Of a stretch of DNA of 64,000 nt, positions 26,684 through 41,100 are shown one piece after another (positions within the stretch are counted from its first letter, which is position 1; the number at the start of each line of letters is the position of its first letter). Source of the stretch: Phoronis australis. Taxonomy: Eukaryota > Animalia > Phoronida. Under the pieces are notes generated by a model that worked only from the letters and a program-made list of their open reading frames with translations, ran no database searches and was not told the DNA's origin. The translations under genes and the position numbers were made by a program. The stretch lies in the NCBI GenBank assembly GCA_002633005.1, contig NMRA01000111.1, forward strand, positions 738,656 through 802,655, written 5' to 3'.

Positions 26684-29600
26684 TACTTCTGTGTACCAGA
26701 CCTACTTTTTACTGATCACTTCACCCTGCAACTTTTTGGATTGTAGGCCGAAATTCTGTACATTTTTATTTAGCAAACTTACTCTTAATTTTTTTACTGT
26801 ACTCTTACTCAGACACTGAAATGTTCGGCTGTCACCCAGTATCATTCCAAGTGGTGTGGAGTGTCCTGTTGGAAAATGTAATTGTGAATGAAATTAAATG
26901 AAAGAAAAGTCTTATTCCAAAAGGAATTCATGGTTTGCTCTGTTTAGAACTGAGTGTTAACTTGTCTGTGCTCCCTGTAGGTACTAATGTCCACTAGCAT
27001 TTACAGAGAATGCGGTACACCACTCTGTGTGTTCTGTAAAATAACTTCACGCGGTTGTGCGCATGTGATGCAGGCCTGACATGTTCAAGAATCCGCCCAA
27101 TGTCAGTTCTCATTTATCAAGTGTTCAGGAAAAGTCTCCATGAAGCATTGCCAATTGGTATTTCCAACGTCACGCCACCGTGGTAACGATGCATTGTTAG
27201 CAGCGTGGCTTCTTAAAAATTTCACGGCGGCAACGGAACTTAAATTAATTTGCCCGTGAGCAAGTTGAAAAGAATCTTTCATTGGTAGTATGGTAATTAA
27301 TTGTTTATAAATATTTTTAACACAGCGTTCTGTAAAAGAGTGACTAATTTTTTAATAGGACTACAATTCAGATTTGAAGTTGTTTAGGCCGAGTTTGGAT
27401 GAGTGACAGATCTTTATTGCAGTCTCAAGTCAATGAGACCACGCCCACGCATGCAGTGACCCGCTGTGACAAGCTAACCTGGTGGACCAAATTGCCATTT
27501 TCTTCAAACTCGGAAATGCCCTCTGCATTATTTAACTAAATTTAGGACATTTTTACGTCAAAATTCATAGGTCATTGTGGTCTAAGTCAAAATTTATTTT
27601 TTTTTACAAAAAAAAAACTAGTTCATAGCCGCTTTAAATGTACTACAAACCCTCCTTTTGTTGTCAATAAGACTTCTTTTCAGACTACTTTCCGCTATAT
27701 ACGGTCTCAACTCGGCTCAGATGAGTCATGGTTTAGTGGAGGGAAGGTCTGGCAGTAAGGGAGTGCTCGAGACCATATATGCGTTGGCGTAGCATGACCT
27801 GCTGCTTCGACGAGATAACTTGTCGCCAGATCTGTCTCTAGTTGTTTTTCCCGAAGCCCGGAAATCGCATGTAATCTGAGTAATTAGTGTGCCCTGAATG
27901 TCGCGTAACAAAAACCCATGTTTTACCGAAAAGGCGGGTTAATAGCCGCTTTAATACACGACATAATGCCGGTACCTTTTCAAAATTGTCCGTTTTGTTT
28001 AAAATTATTATTCAAGTTCAGCTTCCAGGCCCGTAACCATGCAGGGGGGGGGGGTTCCACCGAACCCCCCGCGGAAAGGCCGGGTCCAGCCCCTACCTTT
28101 CCGTTAAAGATGGGATATACTTGGACAACAACAACAAAATTGTTGCACCTACTGGTACTACTAAATACAATGATAACTAAAGTCAGTAACACTTTTCAAT
28201 TTACTTCACGTTATCATCGGGCCGTACCCGAATGGGTGCTTTGATTTGTGCAGACGATTAGAGGAGGCTTTATATGTTATTCATCGGCATTGAACGCGCG
28301 TGGTGGCTACAACAAAATAGGGTAACAAGGGAATGTAGAAGTAAATGTTTATACCTAGCTAGGGTATATAGCAGCGAGAGAGCTCCCAAAAAGTAGCTGC
28401 AGAGTGAATGTCTTAAAATCGACCAAGAAACAAAATAGCATAAAGTATAGGTTTGTCATTAGTGGCAGAGTACGGTAAAATGCTGACATTTTCAATTTTT
28501 CACTTCGGTTGTGGATTGGTGGATGCCATGCATGTGTGCCCGTGTGTGCGTTTCGTAAATTCAGTACACGCCGGTGATAATTAAGTTCACTATAGCCAGT
28601 ACTCCGTCGTCGCTCAAAAATCATTTGTGTACCGAATAATGGATAAATGATACGTGCGTCGCAAACTCGTTACAAGATGAAAAGGTGAGACCGAGGTAGG
28701 CGATATAAGGTCAGTCATTTATTATGACGAATAGAATTACGAGTAAATATAGTGAATACAGATGCTAAAATAAAAAATGATAATCTCTGGTAAGATGGGC
28801 AATAAAAAAGCCCACTCCCAGTCAACTTTTTGTCGCAAGTTCAGTTTTATATGGAGCATTTATCGTTTATAAAAACGAACAAGGTGTTGGCGAACTATGC
28901 ATTTATTAACATAAAATTTTAAAACTCGGTTTTTAGTAAAAAATGTCAAAATCAGCCACCTTTTCCAATAAACGCCAGCCGTATATTTGATCAATTTGTT
29001 TCACTGGCTCCAAGACGCTGTAAAACAAATTCAGATGAAATAATTTCTGTTGCTCTATAGGTTATTCGCCGGCGAACATTAAAGGCGACAGCGTGGCATG
29101 TTGAGCGACTCGTAAGCAAAAGCAAACGACGACCGAACTTATCACAACCGAGGTAGAACAATGACTGACTCGACTGCTCTCACAGTCAGACTATATGAAA
29201 AGAAATTGGCGCGAAATTCTTGCCTCCCAAAACGTCACTTCCGGAGTAGACGACGAGTAATTAATTAAATTACGAAAAGCAGTAAATAAGTGAAAAATAT
29301 GTCTGGGATAATCAACGAACCTTATTTTTGCTAAAAATGACATGAAAAAAGGTTGCCTTCGCCTTTAAGCTGCATGATCAAAGATAAAATCAATCTGTTT
29401 CTCCACGTTAGTGGCTCAGTTGAAATTCGGCTTTGGTGTGAGTTGGGCCATCAAACATCCAAAGACGTATTCAAGGGCAATCAGATTATCCGTTTAGGTT
29501 GTTGGTGATTCCATTATGATACTGTGGGCGGCGCAGCACTGAAAAAATGGGGGTATAGTCCCCCAGCGTTCCTGTGATGCACCGCCCATAGTTATAGTCC

Positions 29601-29930
29601 ACGGGCGGCGCAGCACTGAAAAAAGGAGGGGGCTATTTGATAGGCCTCCAAGCCCTCCCCTAAAAAGCCTCGCGAGGTTTGCCGCACCACACTAAGAACT
29701 GTTCTCCCAAGCCACGTGTATGCCAAGTCGCGACAACCTCCGTCTCACTTTTATTGACTCACTCTATAATGGTTGATTAAATTTCATTGTGAAGAAAAGA
29801 TGACTACAAAACTCAAGTTGAGCAAATCCATAGCAAAAATGGAGAAAAAGTCCACCTGTATCAGTCAGGAGTCGACGTACAAACTAGTAAGCCTAGGTCC
29901 TATTTGCGGGAACACCGGGACTGGTCTTTG

Positions 29931-30190
29931 CAGTGGCAGATCTTCGTTTTCAGTAAGGGCGGGGGCCGCGGAGGCGGGGGGATATGGATTCGCTTGAGTG
30001 AGTCCGAGGCGCGTAGCGCCGAGCGGAGAGAAGGTAGGGAAGGGGTTCCCCCTCCCGTGTAATTTTTTTTGTTTTTAGTAGCTGATTTTATTTTCCTGGC
30101 GACAGTTTTAATTTTATTTTTGATCCTGTCCCGATCGGGGGGTCAGGGTTGGAGTGAACCCCCTGAACTCCCCCCGTAGATTCGCCTCTG
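29931..30190. mobile_element. hAT-type MITE (CAGTGGC.GAT...ATTCGCCTCTG termini)
   Basis: Imperfect short TIRs and a GC-rich interior with G/C runs. No TSD seen. Confidence 0.4.
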
Positions 30191-30299
30191 GTTTGCCTAA
30201 CGTTTACTTCATTTATTTGCCCAAATAAATCGATATCTATTAGGAGTGTCATTCGCCGGACACCCAACAGAATTTATGCCCTTGAGTTGTGACCAGTTT

Positions 30300-30434
30300 A
30301 GTTTCCTGGCCATTTCACCGCGTCGCTTGCGCCCGGGTTGACGCCCGGCTAAAGGTTTGCACAACAGAGGGCGACAGGATTTAGGTTCGACACTAGGTAG
30401 CGCTCAAGGGACCCGGGTGAAAAACAAAGCTGCG
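30300..30434 (+). promoter_or_regulatory. Probable promoter / non-coding first exon of TMEM241
   Basis: CpG-rich patch ending in a donor-like GCG|GTAGGT at 30434/5, 1.5 kb upstream of the acceptor at 31976/7. Confidence 0.35.
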
Positions 30435-31735
30435 GTAGGTCTACCGTCTTCTGGCAATATGTTTCTCATTGCTTGATGTTATGTTTTATTTTACGTTCTC
30501 ATCTTCATTCCAGTGATCCTTTGTTTCTGTGTACGTCGTGGTTTTTACCGGCGACCTCTGTGCAAAGTGACACGTGGTGTTTTGTACAGATGAGAGTCAC
30601 GACTGAGAGTGAGAGCGAGACTGTTCCGATGTTCCCCAAAGCCAAAGGCCCTACTACAGGCTATACTATAGGCCACAGACACCTTTACACTACTACTGGG
30701 TTTCCGTTTTTGATTTCTACAGGATTCAAAATGCTTCTGAGCTACAACTCCTGGGCTAGACGCGACTCTGACACTGGACAGTACGGTAACAGTAATCAAC
30801 ACTGTTAGCCACTGCCCTGCCCCTGGCCCTGGCTTGCACACCAACCCACTCTTATTCCGTCACCATTTTGTGTTTTAAAACGTCTTAATAGCATTGTGTG
30901 CAGAGTGATGTGCTGGAAACTTTTTGAGGTGTTCTAAAATGTCCTCAACTGACTTGTTATCTGATCATGAAGACACAAATTCTTTACCCCAGCTTACATT
31001 ATTTAATGTTGCCCAAATCCTCAGTGATTGGCTAGAGCTTTCAGTTTTCAGCATAGGCGGATTTAGGGGGGGGGGGGTTGGGGCCAGGGGACCCGGGGGC
31101 CCCATGGGATGCCATAAAAAAATAAAACAGCAGGATCATGAGGAAATGTTGAGTTTATTAATTACCGGTAACCTCAGTAATTAACATTGTGCAGCTGAAA
31201 CAAGATTTAACAATGTGTGCAGCTTTAGTTTGTGTGTGCGAGAGAGGGGGGAGGGGGGGCTCAGACCCGATTTCAAGTGTCCGATTCAGACAACTGGCGC
31301 AATCGTAACGGAGCTATGGCTAAGTAATGGCGCTCCCGGTCGATATGTGCATGATATCCCAGGCAACCGGCAGTGGCGCTGCACACTACTACCCCGTTTC
31401 TGTCGTCTGCTCCACTGTGCAATGAAGAGAATTACTTTCATGCTTTTTCTGAGTGACGATGAAGAAACAGAAGCTGCTGGTAAGATGCAAATTTGAATCG
31501 AAGCCTTAGTGAATCACTCAGAAACTCATCATTCTCTCTTTGTCAAACATTAAAATTAAGACGATTCCCAAAGCAATCGCGTCATTGGTTAATGTCAACA
31601 CGAAAAACGGATTTGGTCCTGTGGGCAACTGAAGACCATTTCAAACACAACTTTTGTTACGAACTGGTTGCACAAAATATAAAGCGTGTAATAAGCATTA
31701 CATATAGAAACAGTTTTAGCGTATTGTAAGTGGAA

Positions 31736-31795
31736 GCACAGTGGTGCAGCGGTAGCGCGCACGCTCAGGCAGTCAGGTCATGAGTTGGAGTCTGT
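31736..31795 (+). repeat. tRNA-derived SINE head relic
   Basis: A-box-like TGGTGCAGCGG and a degenerate B-box GAGTTGGAGTC. No intact cloverleaf. Confidence 0.35.
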
Positions 31796-32028
31796 GGCAT
31801 TTAAATTTTTTCCAGATGGACGTGGTCTGTTTTTTTCTTTGATAATACTCCAAGAATTAAAATGCTTGTTTTTAGAGGCAAAAACAAAATTTCCTCCCGA
31901 TATGATATCTTAGATCTGCCATTGTGCAGTGTGTTTCATGTTGTAACCAAAGTGTTGATTTTCATTTTTTTTGTAGTCTGTCGCCTACCACGATTACCAT
32001 GTGGAAAAAGACTTGACAATGTTTGACC

Positions 32029-32145
32029 ATGGGTGCTGACTCAAGAGGTCGATGGTTGTCATTACTTACGCCAGCTGCTGATCATGTGGCCTGTTTACTC
32101 CCTGTTCATTGGCTGTTGTATATCTGTACCATATTTGTAAATAAG
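32029..32145 (+). CDS. TMEM241: TMEM241 coding exon 1 (GC donor)
   Basis: MGADSRGRW...LLYICTIFVNK|GCgagt; exon acceptor at 31976/7. Confidence 0.8.
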
Positions 32146-35100
32146 GCGAGTTTAAAGGATGGTCTGGCACAAACATGGTGTGGGCTGGTATCCAACTCCT
32201 GACACCATGTTATGTTGAATATAGGCTTGTGTGCATTCCTAATTAGCACCTATACACATTTATTCAGTTCCATAATGAATGGTCGAGATCTCTAATATGT
32301 GTGTACCCTGCAAATAGTAAAATGACTTACACTAATACAACAGCATGGATCAATTTGCACTGACAGTAAAGTGGTTAAAAATTGGGTCCAAATCTTTAGC
32401 TTGTGAAGTATGCATATATTGGCATATTGCTTAGAGATTGTAATGCCTTAGCAGGGGTCTGGGTGTGATACATTACCTTGACAAACTGACCTATTGGGCT
32501 GTCACGTTCATTAGACTTCCAAAAAGCTGGTGCTACTTTAAATATCATCTTTATTTATTTTGACAGGCAAGTGGAGAGCTAAATAATTGATTAATAGCTC
32601 TTGTGTTTTCTTTTCAGTACGTTTTGTCCATTCTACATTTCACCTATCCCACAATATTCCAGGGGTAAGTCATCACTGAATAAATGTTCTTTACCCAGAA
32701 TTCTTTATACCAGTTCTGACAAACACAAACCTGTTGTTTCGTAGTTTTACAAGCAAGCCACTTGAAAAGTGTTTTTACATGATGTGGGCAGTTTTACTTG
32801 ATAGCCTCAACTTCCATAAACTCCTAAACAATTATGTTTTCAGCTGCATGTGATTTAATATATGAAATTGCTTGAAACAGGTTGGCTTGAATAAAGTTAT
32901 TTTTTGAACACGTGTAATTAAAAAGGGGGCTAAAATTATATCTTTGTCCTCAGTTATGAACATCTTAAGGATGTATTAGCATGCTACTAACTTTGCTAAT
33001 GTACAGGAGGAACTAATTGAAACGACAATGCTATTTGAACGTAATCTGCGCTAAACAAAGTGGTGTTGTATTCACTGACAACTTATATTAATGTGAAAAA
33101 TTTCTGCAAATAGTTGACTTTTGCACTAATGACATACATTGGGGGCTTACATAGCCCCCATCAAGCAGTGCTATTCCCAACACCACATCACGGTACTTAC
33201 TGGACACGGTTGAGTGATTTACAGTGGGTCATTTCTACACAAAACTTGTTTTTTCAAGGTGATATATTAATTGACGAATACACAGAACATGCAAGGAAAA
33301 TAATGACGAACCCAGAAATCGCGAAACATTATATCTGGATTGTAGACGTACATAGATGAAAGTAGTATACATAGAACTATATACATGTAAGTAGTATCTA
33401 AAATAAGTATTTAAATATTTAGATATGCTATTACGAACAAAACAAAAATATGTACAAATATGGAAATCAGAAGCAACAAGAATTATAAGCGATGCATAAA
33501 AATTTACTAACATTGAGAATTCATTGAGAAAAAGGTCAAAGTTGAGACTACCATTTTATGTAACTTCAGTATAAAGTTATTATTACAGGAATTGAATGCA
33601 TTTACAATTTATTTTTCACTGAGTGCATGAAAGAGTGAGTTTCTTGGGTATTCGTTGAGGGCACATTTGAAGAAAATATGAGGATAAGATTGATGGTCAC
33701 CACATTTACAGTTTTGGAGAGACGTTGCCTAAACTTGTCAGAGTTGAGGAAATGAGCGGATCAAAATCAGTACAATGCTAATTCGTTTTCGTGGGGAACG
33801 TAGAATTGTGTCTGTGCTATTGAGTTGTCAAAATTATGAAAAACAGTTCTAAAATTGTTTTTTATTCTCATAAAAGAGTTGCTTTCCTTAACAAAGACTG
33901 GAAGAGAATTCCAGTTGTTGATGCGCATCATAACGCTAGACCTCCTGAATGCCTGACTGAATGATGGAGGAATTGCATATGGGGTGGAGGATCTCAAATC
34001 ACTACGATGGCCCTGTCTAGAATATAGATCAAATAATGTTTTGAAAGAGGCATTGTTGACACTGTTTAGTACTTTGAAAGTAAATGTGGTCATGTGAAGA
34101 TTGCGTTGAGTAGACAGTTTGGGCCACTTTGTAGACTATTCAAAACCTTAACACTATTGGATCCCCCGTAAGCTCCGGTTATGAGTGAGGCAGCTTGATA
34201 CTTGTTCTTCAAAACATTTGTCAATTTTCAATGTATTTCATATTCACATTGTCACTGCATCCTGTGTTTCTAACTAATTTGACCAAGGAGTCTCAGAGAT
34301 AAGGAATTTGCGTGCAAGTTCCACTTTAAAAGTTAACACATCATTAGGTTGGATGGTGAATGTTGAAACCATGTGCTGGGTTTTCATTTTGCAAGTGTCA
34401 AAGTTGCTATACTTGCAAAAGAATTATCTTGCAATGAGTTTATGAAAATATCAGAAACTGATGAAATAGTGAAGAATATATTGCAGGTGTTGTTAAAGGT
34501 GTTCTTAATAGTTACTGCATGTTTTATGTTTTTACTCTTCAGGTGGCAAACTCTTGTTGGTGCTGTTTTTTTAAGGTCAATGACATTAATGGGGAAAATT
34601 GACATGTCTGTGGCTGATATTAACAGGTGAGTCATACTGCAGAATGACCAGTGGGAAGATTATGGTAATTATTGGGGTTAAAGGTCACACTCGACTTAAC
34701 GCCCAGTCGCTCACGTCAGAATTTTCAACAGTTTCACTGTTTAATGTTCCTGATCTGTTGTATTTTGGCTATTTGTTTCCTTACCCTCGGCTTGATGAGT
34801 AAGTGTTTTACCCTGTGTGTAGATGTAGTTTTTCAAAAGGTTGAGTGCGGTCAAAACCAGTTTCATAAATCTTTTTATTTAACAAACGTTATGCTTAAAG
34901 TTACATCATATGTTAAGCTGTCATGTGGTCCTCTCCTATGACAACACTTGTAGCTCTTTGTACTGTCTTTCATATTCAACAGGTCGAATGTCACCCCGTC
35001 AATTCCTGCCATGTTTTTCTTCGTCGGGATGATTTATGCCGGCTCAAGAGCTCTTGCCAACTTGGTAAGAATTCCTCCTTTGCTGGAGCTGTCGTTGATA

Positions 35101-38100
35101 AGTTATGATTCAAAATTTCTCAAATAAACTTTAAAAGCATGAATGGTAAGCTCTGTTCAAATACACCTAAAATAATTGCCAAAATAAAGCATTTTTCATT
35201 TTTGATGTCTGAATCTTAATGTTAATCATTAGGTTAAGTCAAACATTTGCCAAATATGTAAGAAACTGTAGATTTTAACTCTTTACAAGCAAAAAAATTT
35301 AAAAGCTGAAAACTTGTAGAATTTGATATTTGGCTTTTTCCAGTCTGCCATTGATTGGGTCATGTCATCATGCCTTTTTAGTAAAATTACAAAAAAGCGA
35401 GATAAAATAAGCCAGCCAAATTAATGTTTAAATGTTAATGAAGTCTCAGAAACGGTGTTAAATTTTTCTATCATTTCGTTTTTGTCATATGCAACCTTTC
35501 ATTTTTTCATGAAAATGGTAACGGTCCTACTTTGATGACCCCCGGCTCATGCAAAATCGAAAATTTTAAAAACATTGTATAACAGTGTTTCAGAGAACAT
35601 TGAATAGAGCCATTTCTGAGATGTGATGTTCCAAAGCCAGCCAAATTTGGACATTTTTCTAGGGTCCTGCATAGCCTTAATCTCAAGTGGTTTACATGGT
35701 CAAAATTTCATTGTGCATCAGAAATGACATGTTTTGTACTTACTACTTCTCGCACTGGACATGTATCGTTAATCTGCTTATGAAAAACTGTCAAAATTGC
35801 CTTTTTTCATTATTCAAAAGTTCCAATATTGTTTTCGATATGTACAGCTCTTCTATGCATTATGTGGCAGTAGCTAGGACACAAGTTGAAAATATCCATG
35901 GCACATAACTTGAAAATAGACATTGTTTTGGTACATATCTTGAACATCGCTAGTAAGTGCCCCAAACTTAAAAGTAGCTACTACATGTAAATTTGAAAAA
36001 TAACTGCGGCACGTTATTTGAAAATAGCTACTGTACGTAACTTGAAAAAAGCTTCATTTCACATATTAACGTCAAAATGATAAAGCATTAGACTTGGTGC
36101 TATTTCACCTGCCTTCCATACCGTGTCCTAAATTGGTGATATTTTATGGTACCTTTAACTTAGTCCTTACTATTTATAGGTGATTAAAGCAAAGTTAATC
36201 TGCGGATAAGAGGACTCTCTTTTCTGCAGTACATGGATATGTATTCCAGTGGCACCATTTGTTAAAGTAATTGTATAGATAAGGCTTGATTAAACTTCAT
36301 GCCAAAATGCATGATAAAACCTCTTTCTGGTGTTGCTTATTAAAGCCTAACTTCAACGGAATTTTGTTATTTTAGATGTATTGGGCTAAGCAGATAGTCT
36401 TGGCAAAGTTTTAGTAAAATAAGAAAACGCAAGTTCAATCACGCAAATGTAAGCCCATCAAATGATAAGTGAAGCTGCCTTTTCGTGCCATGTTGCATCA
36501 CCGCGAGATCCCAGCACAAACAACAAAAAATTGTATTGGGTCTGCATAGAACACTATTGTGTGCTGGTGTTATTCGCAGCTGTTTGAATTAAAAGGTGAT
36601 ACTCGCGGTGGAGTAGCTAAAAGCAAGCCAATACGCCTAACGGTTCGTTAAATTTGGCAATTTATGGCACTAGTCTGCTCAGAGCGATGCTCTTAACATA
36701 CTGTAGGAACCAAACTTACAGGTGTTACCATTGAAGAATGGCTTTAAGCCTTGTTTTCGTTTGATATTCTCTGACACTGCTCATTTTGGAAAAAACGTAT
36801 AAACCATAGAAACTGTTTAATTGTGTCACTGAATGTCAAAAAGTTTAATGTTTCTATTTATTTTTGTGTCACTGAATGTATAACAGTTTAATATTCCTAT
36901 TTATTATTGTGTCCTCATTGTCCAAAGCCCGTATATAATACTCACTGTGGTTTCCAGGATGAATTTTATTGTATTATATTTTTGTGTATGGCTGAATAAA
37001 TTGTTAACTCATGTGACAAAAAAATGTAGGTCTATGGCGTTATCATAATTGAGGAGGGGAAATTTTGGGGAAGACCCTGGTAACTTTTGTTGCTTGTTTA
37101 GGTGTTTAGTAGAGATTCAGAGAGACACAGACTCATACTTGAGGTTGATTTTACATGATTGCCATTGAACTATCAGAGGGCTCTTGGTAATCAAAGAGCC
37201 AATTAGTACAGAACTTATAATTGTTTGTTGCGAACAAAATTATATTTGTAAGATGTTTATCAGGATTCCTGAAGCTGTAGTGGTCATGTTATGCTCATGT
37301 TATACTCATGTTATGCTCATGTTATGCTCATGTTACAGCCCATAGCAGTATTCATGGCTGTGCATTCTGTTGTACATATACTTAATGAAGTTGGAAACGC
37401 ATGCCTCACTAAACAAGTAAGTAATCCCATTATATGAGGTGTACAAGATGAAGAATCTGGGTGCTTAAATAATATGCTACTTTTGTTTGCAATTTAACAC
37501 TTACATAAACCATAAAGCTTTAGATTTGTTAGAAACAATGTTTTATTGGAACTGCAAAACTTGTGCAAGTCAGACGTGCACAAGTAGGTCTTTCCTCCTG
37601 CTCAGACAAAGTTAGTGTATGGTTCTAATATTTTGTGCTCTTGGCTCTTCAGATAAGTCATATTTTGCCATACTTGATTGAAATTTTTTCTTACAGTTGG
37701 ATTCAGCTTGTTCTAGTTTTACTGTGTAATTTTTGTTGCTGAAATTTTTCTGTCTTTGGAATTTTACATTTTGTCAAACCTTGTAAATTCCCACTTCAAA
37801 ATGTGTTACTTAGGTTACCATTTTTGTGTTGCCTATTTAACTTCAACTCATTCTTATGTTTAGATTGACACAGTACTAACAAAAGTGTTTTCCCTGTCTG
37901 TGATTGGAGTATCTGCAGTACTAGTAGTTGTTACTGATCCTCAGGTTAGTGGTGAGACATTTGTCTGTTTTTATGTGTTGTCAGTTAATGTGCTCAAAAT
38001 GACCTCACTCATAATTACATCTTTTTTGATTATTTCCCTCAAGATACATCATTGGTACATTTTCTAAGACATTAGGGCGTGTTGTATGGCTAATAAAATA

Positions 38101-41100
38101 GGAATAATTAAAGGAAATTTTTATTTCCAGTATCAGATTTATTTCCTTATTTATCTATTACAAGTGGATGTCTGAATGAAAACTTTCATACTTAAAGTTG
38201 GCATAAACCTGCCTTCCATCACACAAGTCGACTTGTGATTTAGACCAGTTATTCTATGAAATTAGTCATACTGTCTCTTAGCCAAATTAGAGGTGGTTTT
38301 AGTACTGGAAAAGAACAGGTAGTTTTTTTTTCTTGAGATCTGGGTTTTCAAGCTACCTTGTGAGAGCGTGTCATGATCTAGAGAAGTAATAAGCTTACAG
38401 CTTGTTCCGAACCAAGAAGTCTCCTCTCCGCTGAAGAAGAAACAAGTTGAGGACAATTTTACTGCGTTAAGTGGTCAAAGTCAAAGATTCTCTGCAGTTA
38501 TATAGCAGCTTTAGATTAAAGAAGTTGTCAGATAATTCTGTTACGACTTCTAGAAATGTGAGCTTTTCACTAAGAAATGTATGAACAAATATCCTTGGTT
38601 TACCCGTTGTGAATTGTAATACATGTGATACTACACAAAATGTTTCACCATTTATGTTAATATGCAATTGTTACATTAAATCTTGTCTTTTGAAGGCATT
38701 CCATCCTTGTAAACTAATGGTTCTTCATAAATTGTTTACATTTGTTTCAGTTTAGTGGCAATGGTTACTTCTGGTTGTCTCTACATATTATTTTTACAGG
38801 TATGTTTTTAATTTAGTTCCCCAAGCTGTATGCTACATGTAAGAACACATTGTCAGACACATGACGTGTTAAAAAGTTATAATCAGAAGTGAGAATAGTT
38901 GCAAGAAAAATTTGCATAGAGTAAGTCCAGCTTCTACCTGCAAATAATTTTAAAAGACCATTTGTTTATTGCTTACTGCTGAGAATCTAAGGCATACTCA
39001 TTCGATAAAATGAACTTAATTTACTAATTTGTTCAAAACCGAAATGTATTACTTTGTTAACTTGAAGAAGAATAGGGTGGACTATAAATTTGATTTTAAT
39101 TTGGACCAATGTGTACGATATGTTGGTATATGTGGCTGTGGTATATGCAGAAACGTGTATTTGTACAAAGCTGTGTACAAACAGTTACTTTGTATGAATC
39201 GTCTGCTGTGTCTAGAAAGTTTCTAGTGTGATAGAAATTGTTTACTTTTTCAGCCTTAATAAAGTTGTACTACAGTGCCTTCAGCTCATATATTAAGCTC
39301 AGGTATGTCCTAACATTTGCATATATGTGCTGTACCTAATTCAGTATGGTATTCACTTTTTTGTATTTATGGTTGTCTGCTTTGGAAACCTAATTTATTT
39401 CATCCATGTTGATATTGTTGTGCTGATAAGGAAATAAACCTTTTCATGAGTAGACTTCTATGAAGCCTCTTGTGCAGTCGTATAACTACAATGTGTCGAA
39501 ATGTTGATGATTATTCCGTCTGAGTAAGGAATGTTGTTCTGACATTTTTAAGTGAATTGACTTATCTTGATCCTCGGGGGCATCTCTACCTCTTCCTTGG
39601 AATTGTTGCCCTTGCAGAAGAGTGTTCATTATAAACCCAAGGACCAACACAACTTGTTGAACATGGCTGCATTCCGCAGAGCAAGTTGAGGGCAGGTAAA
39701 GTGAGATTGCACTAGTTTTGGTGCTACAATTGAAGCCCATTATAACGCTGACTTTACTTGCAAGTGCCTTGTGTCAATTGCATGCTTCTTTTGTTGAACT
39801 AAAGAGCGGGATTAGACAAGTTGAAATTATTATACCTTGTCCTTTTAATTTCAGTTCAATCGACAAGTTATACTGCAACTACTGCTGTAGGTAAGAAGAG
39901 AGTGTGCGGTGTCCTTCAACACAAATGTTTTTATTGAAGTTCGTATAAACAAAAAAATATGCTCTCTCAGTAACATATTTATACGTAGCGGTTCATATCC
40001 CCATATCAGAAATTTTCTGTTGATGTTTTACATATTGCATGTGATAAGATATGTTCAAGCAATGTAGTCCTGTTGGTTTGTTGAACACTTAAATGTTTAG
40101 TCTGTATTACCAGTGCCTTCTTTTTGTGCTTTGCTGAGGTTCCTAGCTGTAAGCCTGGCTTAGCTGTGATTGGTACGTATCACCTCAATTATTTTGTAGC
40201 CATTCCCTTCCTAATAAATCTCAGTGTGTAAAGTACATGTATATACAAGTTTGTGTGAACAGCGATTGGATTTGTTTTACACCAAAACTTATTCTACAAT
40301 GTATTCTGACTTTAACATTGATATGGCATAAACAGCGGTTAATGAATTAGTTTCATTTTCCTTACAGTCTGGTAGTGCTGGCGCCATCAAGCTACTTCCT
40401 AGGTAACACTTTTTAATGACAAAGTAGAAATCTGATCTGAAAACTTCCTTGAAATTTTCCCTATGCTGTGCATAACGTCAAGTAGATCACTTGGCTGTGT
40501 TTTTATTTATACTGGGTCCTGTTTGTAAAATGGACCAGTTCTTGACACTTTTAGTTTTCAGTATTTTAGTTAAAAGAGAATAATGATATTTTTACTGCTG
40601 CTCCAGTATAAAGTAACCATGGGGACATAAACAGTAATGTTAAAGTTGTTGTGATATACTGGAACCTCCATATGTATTTGAGCTCTAACTCTGGTGTGTA
40701 TTTCCAAGACTCAATGCCTACTAGGTGGTGCCATAGTGTATTAAGGTCCCTCTTTTTAACATTTGATTAGATGGAGAGCAGAAAGTATTTTGTCAACATA
40801 GGGGTATTCATGGGATAAGGGTCCCTTATAATTAACCAAATGCAGGCATTTCAATGGAAGGTTTCTTGTTACACTAGTACCACCTAGTGAATGAACTTCT
40901 TTGTTGGTGCAATAATTGTAAATCTGCAACTGCAACGATTACTTTCAGGAGATGCCCTGGCTGCCAAGCAGTTTCCATACCTGTATTTTTATAAATTTTA
41001 TGCTGGTTGTGTTATGAGGTGAGTCATTGAGTGCTCTGGTATTCTTTAAATAAAAGTTTTACACATTTTAGTATAAAAGATGTCTAATGTGTAACAGACC

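Noticed and set aside
39496-39548. C/D-box-like TGATGA...CTGA with an AAATG/CATTT stem
   Set aside because: Only ~50 nt, imperfect C box, no recognisable rRNA guide; probably chance.
39690-39762. Partial similarity to miR-2001 (minus strand) and a miR-92-like seed
   Set aside because: The miR-2001 seed does not match, and neither has a complementary star arm forming a pre-miRNA.
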